From the UHGV virus genome UHGV-1915822: DNA of 15,359 bases; one strand, written 5' to 3'. The notes below the pieces were generated by a model. That model saw only the letters and a program-made list of their open reading frames with translations, did no database searches and had not been told where the DNA came from. The position numbers were made by a program, and so were the translations under genes. Shown here piece after piece: positions 1-6,471 of this stretch (position 1 is the stretch's first letter; each line of letters begins with the position of its first letter). Source of the DNA: a virus.

Positions 1-47
1 ACACAGCTGTTACACTGTATGCGCTCCAAGAAAAGGAAGTGAGGAAA

Positions 48-215
48 TCAAAAGTTTTTAGCGATTATTTTTACTAATGTATAACCGTTGTCGAGATAGT
101 CTTGAATAGCTTCATAGAATACCTCCCAAGATTCATAAGTTTCATTTAAGCAAACAGGGATCAATGAATCTTTTTCTTGTGTGTAAAGTAGCGCTGATGC
201 GTGGATTTGTTTCAT
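48..215 (-). CDS. hypothetical small acidic protein (55 aa), divergently transcribed from the early region
   Basis: Manually reverse-complemented ORF, below the 60-aa cutoff of the supplied track: MKQIHASALLYTQEKDSLIPVCLNETYESWEVFYEAIQDYLDNGYTLVKIIAKNF. ATG is at plus 213-215, stop at plus 48-50. An AAAGGTGG ribosome-binding site lies 9 nt upstream on the minus strand, and a sigma-A-like promoter lies upstream at plus 251-279. No recognisable domain. Confidence 0.35.
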   Translation of the reverse strand: MKQIHASALLYTQEKDSLIPVCLNETYESWEVFYEAIQDYLDNGYTLVKIIAKNF

Positions 216-250
216 ATAAGGGTGCCACCTTTCATATATTTTATGGTTAT

Positions 251-279
251 AGTATAGCAGGAAATATGCATAATGTCAA
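251..279 (-). promoter_or_regulatory. sigma-A-type promoter on the minus strand (TTGACA, 17-bp spacer, TG-extended TATACT)
   Basis: The reverse complement of plus 251-279 reads TTGACA-TTATGCATATTTCCTGC-TATACT. The spacer ends in TGC, giving a TGn extended -10. It is positioned about 35 nt upstream of the minus-strand ORF start at 215. Confidence 0.45.
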
Positions 280-312
280 TAGAAATACAGAAAGTTTTAT
301 AAAAATAAATAT

Positions 313-361
313 AAAATATTTTGAAAAAAGTATTGACAAAAGTTTTGAAAAAAGTTATAAT
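313..361 (+). promoter_or_regulatory. consensus sigma-A-type early promoter (TTGACA-N17-TATAAT) with AT-rich upstream palindrome
   Basis: -35 TTGACA at 333-338, exact 17-bp spacer, -10 TATAAT at 356-361. A 10-bp palindrome AAAATATTTT sits at 313-322 in the UP-element position. The first well-supported plus-strand gene starts at 389. Confidence 0.55.
319..355. repeat. two exact 13-bp direct repeats TTTTGAAAAAAGT bracketing the -35 hexamer (candidate operator)
   Basis: Exact copies at 319-331 and 343-355, 24 bp apart, on either side of TTGACA (333-338). Read directly from the sequence. Confidence 0.7.
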
Positions 362-388
362 ATAATCAAAGAAAAGGAGGGAATAAAT

Positions 389-589
389 ATGAAAACAGTA
401 AATAAGATGTTATTTAAAGCGGCGATTACGAAGGCAGATGGGATCATGTATAATGTTCATGATTTATTAAGTGGATTAGATTTTAATGACCCTGAGTTGT
501 TTTTTAGGATTTATGCTATTAAGAAATTGGTAAATGATTTAGTAGAAACGGTTGATGAACTAGATAAGTATAATGAGGAGGAAGAATAG
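389..589 (+). CDS. hypothetical small acidic early protein (66 aa)
   Basis: ATG at 389 preceded by GAAAAGGAGGG (371-381). This is the 3-prime part of track ORF 164..589; the upstream part overlaps the promoter region and is judged non-coding. Product MKTVNK...DELDKYNEEEE has net charge about -6 and a poly-Glu tail. Confidence 0.55.
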   Translation: MKTVNKMLFKAAITKADGIMYNVHDLLSGLDFNDPELFFRIYAIKKLVNDLVETVDELDKYNEEEE

Positions 590-591
590 AA

Positions 592-765
592 ATGCCGGTT
601 GAGTTTATGGATGATTTACTAGAGAGCTTAAGTTTAATTGAAACAGCTATTGTGCATTTATCTATGAATTATTCTCAAAAAGGGGATATTTTGACGGGGA
701 CGATATTACAGCAAATTGGTGGGCAATTAGATAAACTTATTAGAAAATGGGATTATGAAGAATAG
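592..765 (+). CDS. hypothetical small acidic early protein (57 aa)
   Basis: ATG at 592 with GAGGAGG (575-581) 10 nt upstream, stop TAG at 763-765. Manually translated as MPVEFMDDLLESLSLIETAIVHLSMNYSQKGDILTGTILQQIGGQLDKLIRKWDYEE. Absent from the track because it is under 60 aa. Confidence 0.5.
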   Translation: MPVEFMDDLLESLSLIETAIVHLSMNYSQKGDILTGTILQQIGGQLDKLIRKWDYEE

Positions 766-768
766 TCG

Positions 769-801
769 TATAATGTATGAATAAGTGTTCATATATTCAT
801 A
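769..801. promoter_or_regulatory. -10-like TATAAT followed by an 8-bp inverted repeat (TATGAATA / TATTCATA), possible operator
   Basis: TATAAT at 769-774 with no convincing -35. Inverted repeat arms at 777-784 and 794-801 separated by 9 bp. Lies in the 173-bp AT-rich spacer upstream of the p6-like gene. Confidence 0.25.
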
Positions 802-938
802 AGATCAGGAGACAAAGACAAAATGAATATGTTTATTTGTTATTTATATTTTTTCTCGTTTTTCTATTTATTTTATAAGGTTATTCGTTCGCTCATTTGC
901 GAATGCATAAAATTAAATAAGGAAGGGAGGGAAATGGA

Positions 939-1193
939 ATGAAGTATGTAAAAAAGAAGATTAAGGTATATTATTATACGGCTCACAGGATGATTTTAGA
1001 AAATGGCAGCCCTAAGTCAATAGGTGAATATACGATTTCATATTCAAGTAAAAATGCGCAGGATCGTGTAATTCAAGACTTATTTAATAAAAAGTATGGG
1101 CAAGGGGTATATTTAGTAACGAGTATTACTGAGCAGGAAAAAATTTATGGTATGCCTTTAGATGAATTTATTACAAAAGCGGAGGAATTGTAG
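939..1193 (+). CDS. phi29 p6-like double-stranded DNA-binding (histone-like) protein
   Basis: 84 aa, ribosome-binding site GGAGGG (926-931) 7 nt upstream. The C-terminal segment NKKYGQGVYLVTSITEQEKIYGMPLDEFITKA resembles the phi29 p6 segment KRKYKGEGRVTVVSVEPNTEVYELPVEKFLEVA as I recall it. It sits immediately upstream of the SSB-like gene, as in phi29 (gene 6 then gene 5). Confidence 0.55.
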   Translation: MKYVKKKIKVYYYTAHRMILENGSPKSIGEYTISYSSKNAQDRVIQDLFNKKYGQGVYLVTSITEQEKIYGMPLDEFITKAEEL

Positions 1194-1194
1194 T

Positions 1195-1602
1195 ATGGAA
1201 AACAATATTGTCATGTTTAACCCGGATTTGGAGAATGGTATGTACACTTCTTTAGATTTGGAGACCAAAGAAGGTAAAGCAAAAGCTATGAAGGCCATGA
1301 GTCGTTGCGACTATTCTTTATCGAAAATGGTAAATAAACAGGTTGTTGTTAAAGATATTTTTCTTCAGCCGGTTGAGGTAAAGGATAAAGAAACAGGTGA
1401 AGTGCGGGAATTGATTCGTACTGTTTTATTTGATCCGGAGGGTAAAAGCTATTATTCATTGTCGGCTGGATTTGTACGGCAAGTAAAATTGCTGTTGTCG
1501 ATTTATGGACAGCCGTCGGAATGGGAGGAGCCGATTACGATTTCGATTCGGCAAGATGAATTACCCGATGGAAAACGTACTTTTTCATTTGATGTATTGT
1601 AG
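1195..1602 (+). CDS. phi29 p5-like single-stranded DNA-binding protein
   Basis: ATG at 1195 directly after the upstream stop (1191-1193), GGAGG at 1181-1185. This is track ORF 1162..1602 trimmed to the start with a ribosome-binding site. N-terminus MENNIV and C-terminus KRTFSFDVL resemble recalled phi29 p5 (MENTNIV ... NVFFSLQLSL). Size is 135 aa. Confidence 0.55.
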   Translation: MENNIVMFNPDLENGMYTSLDLETKEGKAKAMKAMSRCDYSLSKMVNKQVVVKDIFLQPVEVKDKETGEVRELIRTVLFDPEGKSYYSLSAGFVRQVKLLLSIYGQPSEWEEPITISIRQDELPDGKRTFSFDVL

Positions 1603-1612
1603 GAAGGAGGAC

Positions 1613-1638
1613 GGGGAGGTAAAAACTCCCCTTTCTTT
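1613..1638 (+). terminator. intrinsic-terminator-like hairpin (GGGGAG / CTCCCC stem, 7-nt loop, T-rich tail)
   Basis: Stem 1613-1618 pairs with 1626-1631, loop GTAAAAA, followed by TTTCTTTAT. It sits between the SSB stop (1602) and the next start (1641). Confidence 0.5.
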
Positions 1639-1640
1639 AT

Positions 1641-1949
1641 ATGAGAGATTTATACATGGATTTAAAAAGAAGTCCTCATAAAATTCAGAGTAAAAACGGT
1701 ATTTTGTTTTATTTTTCTTCACAAAAGAGATGTACAAAATTTTGTGATGTGATATCAGCTTTTTGCGAGGATGAAGCGCATAAAATGAGTAATCGATATA
1801 AAATTTATATTGATTTTACAATTTTATATGAAATTATGCTGTATATGCAAATTGAGAAATACGGATTTTATATAGAATATAAGGGGGATGCGTTTACATG
1901 CCCAACGCAGGTAAAGTTAGATGGAGAGAAGCTGACGAAGCTAAGTTAA
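1641..1949 (+). CDS. phi29 p4-like transcriptional regulator
   Basis: 102 aa. ILFYFSSQKRCTKF and MLYMQIEKYGFYIEYKGD resemble the phi29 p4 segments VTFFFSSELYLNKF and FYSEVEKRGFHAWLKGD as I recall them. It sits between the SSB and terminal protein genes, as gene 4 does in phi29. The 3-prime end overlaps the terminal protein gene by 52 nt in another frame. The nearest SD (GGAGG 1606-1610) is 30 nt upstream, separated from the ATG by the hairpin. Confidence 0.45.
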   Translation: MRDLYMDLKRSPHKIQSKNGILFYFSSQKRCTKFCDVISAFCEDEAHKMSNRYKIYIDFTILYEIMLYMQIEKYGFYIEYKGDAFTCPTQVKLDGEKLTKLS

Positions 1950-2623
1950 AAAATCTGGTTAAGCGTTTTAATGCAAAGGTTGCCCGAAATGTAAAAAAGG
2001 GTGGGTTGATTGCGGAGGTACAACCAGCACCAATAAAAACAGCCGAATTGCGGGAAACATTAAAAGCAATTAGCAGGCGGGATGTAAATTATAGCTTCCA
2101 AAAGCTGGAAAATTATTTGCGTAAGGGTGCAGAGATGCCATATACGACTAAGAAGGGTGTAAATACAACCGTATGGCAGAAAAAGGAAATTGACAGGGCA
2201 ATAAGAACGATTAACGCCAGAAACAGGCAAGAATTATCGGATTATGAAATTGGGCCATATAAAGGAAATATTGGGACGATTGAAAGAAGTAATATGCGTC
2301 CGAGAAAGAACAGAGTGCAAACGCTTGAGCCTAAAGATTGGGACAGATATGTGGAAAGGCTGGATCGGCAGGTTTATGCTACGAATATCAGTGCAAAGAG
2401 CGCAAGATATAAAGAAAATTTTTTAAAAGCGATTGAAACTACCTTCGGGTCTAACTCAAAGCTATATCAAGCGATTCGTAAAATACCCCCTGAAATGTTG
2501 CATGAATATTATTATACTGATCCAATTTTAACCGTTCAATTTGTATCTGATCCACGTGAAGCCGAAGAAATACAACGTAGGATGTTAGACCGATTAGATG
2601 AAGAAGGTTTACTTCTTGAGTGA
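1898..2623 (+). CDS. terminal protein (protein primer for DNA replication)
   Basis: 241 aa. N-terminus MPNAGKVRWREADEAKLKNLVKRFNAKVARNVKKGG aligns residue-for-residue in length with the recalled phi29 TP N-terminus MARSPRIRIKDNDKAEYARLVKNTKAKIARTKKKYG. Ribosome-binding site AAGGGGG (1881-1887). It is immediately upstream of the polymerase, and its stop overlaps the polymerase GTG start (GTGA). Confidence 0.8.
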   Translation: MPNAGKVRWREADEAKLKNLVKRFNAKVARNVKKGGLIAEVQPAPIKTAELRETLKAISRRDVNYSFQKLENYLRKGAEMPYTTKKGVNTTVWQKKEIDRAIRTINARNRQELSDYEIGPYKGNIGTIERSNMRPRKNRVQTLEPKDWDRYVERLDRQVYATNISAKSARYKENFLKAIETTFGSNSKLYQAIRKIPPEMLHEYYYTDPILTVQFVSDPREAEEIQRRMLDRLDEEGLLLE

Positions 2624-4299
2624 GATATTGCGCTGATTTTGAGACGATCAACGATAAAGATGATTGTCGGGTTTGGGCTTGGTGGATTTCTGAAATTGAC
2701 AATGAAGAAAACAGCGAAAAAGGAAATGACATTGACAGTTTTATGTCCTCTTTATTTATGTATTGCGGGGATACCGTGTATTTTCATAATTTAAAGTTTG
2801 ATGGTGAATTTATTTTAAATTGGCTTTTTAGGAATGGATATACGCATATTCGAGATACGAAATTTAGTAAGGAAAAAACTTTTACTACGTTAATTAGTGA
2901 TACAGGTGCATTTTATTCCATGAAGATTTGTTTTCTTATGCAGGATAAAAAGCCTTTATTTGTAACCATTATTGATAGCTTGAAGATTATTCCTTTAAGT
3001 ATTCGGCAAATGGCTAAGGCGTTCGGATTAGAAGTGTCAAAGGGAGAGATTGATTATAATGCCTTTCGGCCTGTTGGGTATGAACCCAGTGTGGAGGAAT
3101 GGGATTATATCAAGCGTGATGTATATATTGCTTGCCGGGCATTAAGTGTTTTGTTTAATCAGGGGTTAAAAAAGATTACGCAAGCCAGTAATGCAATGGC
3201 CGATTATAAAAAGACGATTCCGAAGAAATTTAGCCGTTGGTTTCCAAAGATTGCGTATGATGCAGATATTCGTAGGAGTTATAGAGGAGGGTTCACTTAT
3301 TTAAACCCAAAGTTTAAGGATATGGACTTAGGTGAGGGCATTGTATTAGATGTAAATAGTTTATATCCTTCTGTTATGTATTATGAGCGTTTACCGTATG
3401 GGGAGCCTATTGCTTTTGAAGGCGAGTACAAGCCGGATGATTTATATGATTTATACGTTCAAAAATTTGCGTGTCAATTTGAATTGAAGAAGGGAAAAAT
3501 TCCTACCGTACAATTAAAGAACAATTTGAGCTTTGTGCCGACGGAATATTTAACATCGTCAGGCGACCAATATGTAACGATGTATATGACGAATGTAGAT
3601 TTAAAATTATTTTTAGAAAATTACGATGTGTATGATCTGGATTATCATAGAGGCTGGAAATTTAAAAGCGCTGAAGGTTTATTTAAAGAATATATTGATA
3701 AATGGATGAAAATAAAGATTGAAAGTGATGGCGTGAATCCGGGTATGAGGCAATTAGCGAAGCTCATGTTAAATGCTTTATATGGTAAATTTGGATTAAA
3801 CCCTGAAATACGAAGTAAAATTCCTTATTTGGACGAAGGGATTATTAAATATCAAACGGTAAAGGAAGAAGATCGAGATCCAATATATATTCCGATGGCT
3901 TCTTTTATCACCAGTTATGCCAGAAATAAAACGATACGATCTGCGCAATCGGTATATGATCGTTTTGTGTATGCAGATACAGACAGCTTGCATTTATTGG
4001 GTTTTGATTATCCTGAGGGGCTGGATATTGACGCGCACCGGTTGGGGGCATGGAAGCCTGAAAGTCGTTTTCATCGTGCCCGTTTTTTACGCCAGAAATG
4101 CTATATTGAGGATGAATTGGATAAAGACGATCAAGCTAAAGGGTTAAAGATTGTGTGCTCAGGCTTACCGGAAGAATGCTATGGGCAGGTGAATTGGGAT
4201 AATTTTCATTATGGGGTGACGTACGAAGGTAAATTGTTCCCTTATCATGCAAAAGGGGGAATCGTATTGACAGAGGGAGAGTTCACCTTAAGGAAATAG
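2620..4299 (+). CDS. protein-primed family B DNA polymerase (phi29-type)
   Basis: 559 aa. Exo I motif in YCADFETIND, Exo II YFHNLKFDGEFIL, motif A DVNSLYPS, motif B KLMLNALYGKF, motif C YADTDS, and KxY in LRQKCY. All closely parallel phi29 DNA polymerase. GTG start at 2620. Confidence 0.95.
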   Translation: MRYCADFETINDKDDCRVWAWWISEIDNEENSEKGNDIDSFMSSLFMYCGDTVYFHNLKFDGEFILNWLFRNGYTHIRDTKFSKEKTFTTLISDTGAFYSMKICFLMQDKKPLFVTIIDSLKIIPLSIRQMAKAFGLEVSKGEIDYNAFRPVGYEPSVEEWDYIKRDVYIACRALSVLFNQGLKKITQASNAMADYKKTIPKKFSRWFPKIAYDADIRRSYRGGFTYLNPKFKDMDLGEGIVLDVNSLYPSVMYYERLPYGEPIAFEGEYKPDDLYDLYVQKFACQFELKKGKIPTVQLKNNLSFVPTEYLTSSGDQYVTMYMTNVDLKLFLENYDVYDLDYHRGWKFKSAEGLFKEYIDKWMKIKIESDGVNPGMRQLAKLMLNALYGKFGLNPEIRSKIPYLDEGIIKYQTVKEEDRDPIYIPMASFITSYARNKTIRSAQSVYDRFVYADTDSLHLLGFDYPEGLDIDAHRLGAWKPESRFHRARFLRQKCYIEDELDKDDQAKGLKIVCSGLPEECYGQVNWDNFHYGVTYEGKLFPYHAKGGIVLTEGEFTLRK

Positions 4300-4328
4300 T
4301 TTACAATTTGTGTAAAAAAGTATATAAT
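4300..4328 (+). promoter_or_regulatory. sigma-A-type promoter upstream of the packaging ATPase gene (TTTACA-N17-TATAAT)
   Basis: TTTACA at 4300-4305 immediately after the polymerase stop, 17-bp spacer, TATAAT at 4323-4328. Confidence 0.5.
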
Positions 4329-4464
4329 AATATTGAGAAGGTAAGACGGAAAAACGGATCAAATGCTGTTATGGGTGCCACTGATGAAAGATTCAGCCAT
4401 AAAGCCGTGGGAGTGGTTTCTATTTGGTTTGTGCCGTTTTATCTTTTCTTTTTTAGGTGGTTTT

Positions 4465-5487
4465 ATGGGTAAATATTGGGACATCGGAAAAATTTTGAGT
4501 TATCAGCGTAATTTTAATTTTATCAATGGCGAACGATCAATAGGAAAAACCTACACGACGGAGAAGTTTTTTATTGAAAAAGCGATTAAAACAGGAAAAG
4601 AATTCGTGTATATTACTCGTACACAGGACGAAAAACGGAACGGAATATTTAAAGAAGCATTCAGCAAAGTAATATCGCGAGAATTTCCCGACAAAGAGAT
4701 TATTTTCACAAATGACGAATGTCTATTAAAAATTGCCGAATACAAAAGATGCTTAGGATATTGTATTGCATTAAGTGAAGCGTTAAAGATAAAGAAACGT
4801 TCTTTCCCGAATGTGTATTATTTAATGTTTGATGAATATATGCTGGAAAATAAAGGTTTAACCCGTTATGTAAATGGATGGAAGGAGCCGGAATTATTTT
4901 TATCTATTTATCATACCATTGACCGTGAAGAAGATCGCGTTATTTGTTTTTTATTGGGGAATAATACAACTTTTTATAACCCGTATCATATGCATCCTGC
5001 GTTTCAAATTCCCCATATAAAAAAGGGACAAATATGGTCAGGGGAGAACGTTCTTTTTCAATGGGCTGAAGGCACAGAAGAATTACGGGAAGAAAAAGCG
5101 AATTGTAAGTTCTTAAAAATGCTGAACGATACTACATATGGTAAATATGCGGTAAAAGGCGACTATATAGAAGATTCTGACGAATTTATTGAAAAAAGAA
5201 GCGCAGAAGCAAGAGTTAGCTTTAATATTGAATATATGGGAAATACCTATGGCATATGGAATGATATGAAGCATGGCCGAATTTACATTGATACAAAAAC
5301 AGACCCGGATTGTACCTTAAATTATGCTTTAACCTTAGAGGATCATAGTGAAAATACCATGTTGACATCAACGAAATCAATCTCTTGTTTAAATTGGCTT
5401 TCTCAAAATTTTAAACTGGGGAATGTTCGTTTTGTTTCTATGGAAGTAAAAAAGATGTGCGAGGGAGCCATCAATCTGATTTTATAG
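4465..5487 (+). CDS. DNA encapsidation (packaging) ATPase, phi29 gp16-like
   Basis: Walker A GERSIGKT and Walker B YYLMFDEY. ILSYQRNFNFINGERSIGKTY parallels phi29 gp16 MLSYDRILNFVIGARGIGKSY. I chose the ATG at 4465 (AGGTGG at 4455-4460) because it places Walker A at the same distance from the N-terminus as in phi29. The track's longest ORF starts at 4363 without a ribosome-binding site and adds a hydrophobic 34-aa extension, so the start is uncertain. Confidence 0.85.
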   Translation: MGKYWDIGKILSYQRNFNFINGERSIGKTYTTEKFFIEKAIKTGKEFVYITRTQDEKRNGIFKEAFSKVISREFPDKEIIFTNDECLLKIAEYKRCLGYCIALSEALKIKKRSFPNVYYLMFDEYMLENKGLTRYVNGWKEPELFLSIYHTIDREEDRVICFLLGNNTTFYNPYHMHPAFQIPHIKKGQIWSGENVLFQWAEGTEELREEKANCKFLKMLNDTTYGKYAVKGDYIEDSDEFIEKRSAEARVSFNIEYMGNTYGIWNDMKHGRIYIDTKTDPDCTLNYALTLEDHSENTMLTSTKSISCLNWLSQNFKLGNVRFVSMEVKKMCEGAINLIL

Positions 5488-5498
5488 GGGTTGATGAA

Positions 5499-5750
5499 AT
5501 GGATGTAAATACTGCGATTCAGTTAATTAACGGTGTAGGATTTCCCATTTTTGCGTGTATTGCTATGGGGGTGTTTGTTGTTTGGGACAAGAAAACCCGG
5601 AAAGACACGGAAGAAAAGCAACAAGATAAGCAGGAAAAGGTTTTAGAAAATATTACAACGGCTTTAAATCAAAATACTTTGGTTATTCAAAAGCTGGTAG
5701 ATAAGCTGGGAGGCGTAGACGATGCAAAAACTGACATTACCGGTAAATAA
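5499..5750 (+). CDS. small single-TM membrane protein, holin-like candidate
   Basis: ATG at 5499 with AGGGG 9 nt upstream; the track ORF starts at an in-frame GTG at 5457 overlapping the ATPase end. One hydrophobic segment GVGFPIFACIAMGVFVVW is followed by a highly charged tail KKTRKDTEEKQQDKQEK. It lies directly upstream of, and overlaps, the M23 peptidase gene. Confidence 0.4.
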   Translation: MDVNTAIQLINGVGFPIFACIAMGVFVVWDKKTRKDTEEKQQDKQEKVLENITTALNQNTLVIQKLVDKLGGVDDAKTDITGK

Positions 5751-6471
5751 TTGCGGAGTTACCTGCGGGTATAAAAATCAGAATTATCGGAATTATTGGG
5801 GATTTGGACATTACGGCGTTGACTATGTGTCCGATAGTCTTGTTCTCTATGCTTTAGGAAACGGCGAGGTGTTGATGAAAGGATGGGATAATCTTTTTGG
5901 CAACATCATTATTATTAAATACCCTGAGGTATATAATCATGCCACGGGTGAAGTAAAAGATTTAATTTGCCGTATGTATCACATGGCGAGTGAAAGTCCT
6001 TGTGAAGTTGGGTATCAAGTAAGCAGAGGAGAAAGCATTGGCATTATGGGGACGACAGGCCAATACTCTAGTGGTGTTCATGTCCATATTGAATTTGATA
6101 CCGACACGAAATATTATAATTACGGAGTTCCGTTGGCTAAGGATTCCAACCTGATTAAAAAGGGTGTGGATTCTACGGTTGATCCTTCGGACATTCTTTA
6201 TGTAGGTTCTAACCAGAGAGTTTACAATAATTCTCTAAATGGGTGGGCAACGGATAAAGAATTAAATTTGCCCTTATTGGACGAAGAACCCGAAAAACCA
6301 AAAGATCCCGAAATGAGTGAAGAATTGAAAAAACAACTGGATGAATTAGCATCCCGTGTTTCTAAAAATGAAAAAGATATATCGGATCTTTACACAGGAA
6401 TGGCGAAGAACGATGAATTTCGTGAAAATATGTTGAAAGCAATGGAGGCGGTTATAAATGGCTCTAACTAG
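5722..6471 (+). CDS. M23 family zinc metallopeptidase (peptidoglycan endopeptidase), virion-associated lysin or endolysin
   Basis: 249 aa. Contains HYGVD (HxxxD) and GTTGQYSSGVHVHIE (HxH), the hallmark LytM/M23 zinc-ligand motifs. Ribosome-binding site GGGAGG (5708-5713). The C-terminal ~100 aa is a charged coiled-coil-like region with no recognisable cell-wall-binding domain. Confidence 0.85.
   Translation: MQKLTLPVNNCGVTCGYKNQNYRNYWGFGHYGVDYVSDSLVLYALGNGEVLMKGWDNLFGNIIIIKYPEVYNHATGEVKDLICRMYHMASESPCEVGYQVSRGESIGIMGTTGQYSSGVHVHIEFDTDTKYYNYGVPLAKDSNLIKKGVDSTVDPSDILYVGSNQRVYNNSLNGWATDKELNLPLLDEEPEKPKDPEMSEELKKQLDELASRVSKNEKDISDLYTGMAKNDEFRENMLKAMEAVINGSN

Noticed and set aside
164-388. 5-prime extension of track ORF 164..589 (MNLFLVCKVALMRGF...)
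   Set aside because: It spans both promoters and the repeat-rich AT region and has no ribosome-binding site. The conserved gene almost certainly starts at the ATG at 389, which has a strong GGAGG site.
766-938. AT-rich 173-bp spacer as a prohead RNA (pRNA) gene
   Set aside because: About 80% A+T with no GC-rich helices visible by eye, so it is unlikely to fold into a pRNA-like structure. Cannot be excluded without a covariance-model search.
2244-2732. Alternate-frame ORF 2244..2426 (+) and antisense ORF 2451..2732 (-) inside the terminal protein and polymerase genes
   Set aside because: Fully embedded in genes with strong similarity support, with no ribosome-binding sites. Treated as chance open frames.
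3796-4147. ORFs 3796..3993 (-) and 3917..4147 (+) inside the DNA polymerase gene
   Set aside because: They overlap conserved polymerase motif C in other frames and have no independent support.
4363-4464. N-terminal extension of the ATPase from the ATG at 4363, and antisense ORF 4551..4745
   Set aside because: There is no ribosome-binding site at 4363, and alignment with phi29 gp16 places the start at 4465. This remains uncertain and is flagged as a finding. The antisense ORF lies in the Walker A region and is rejected.
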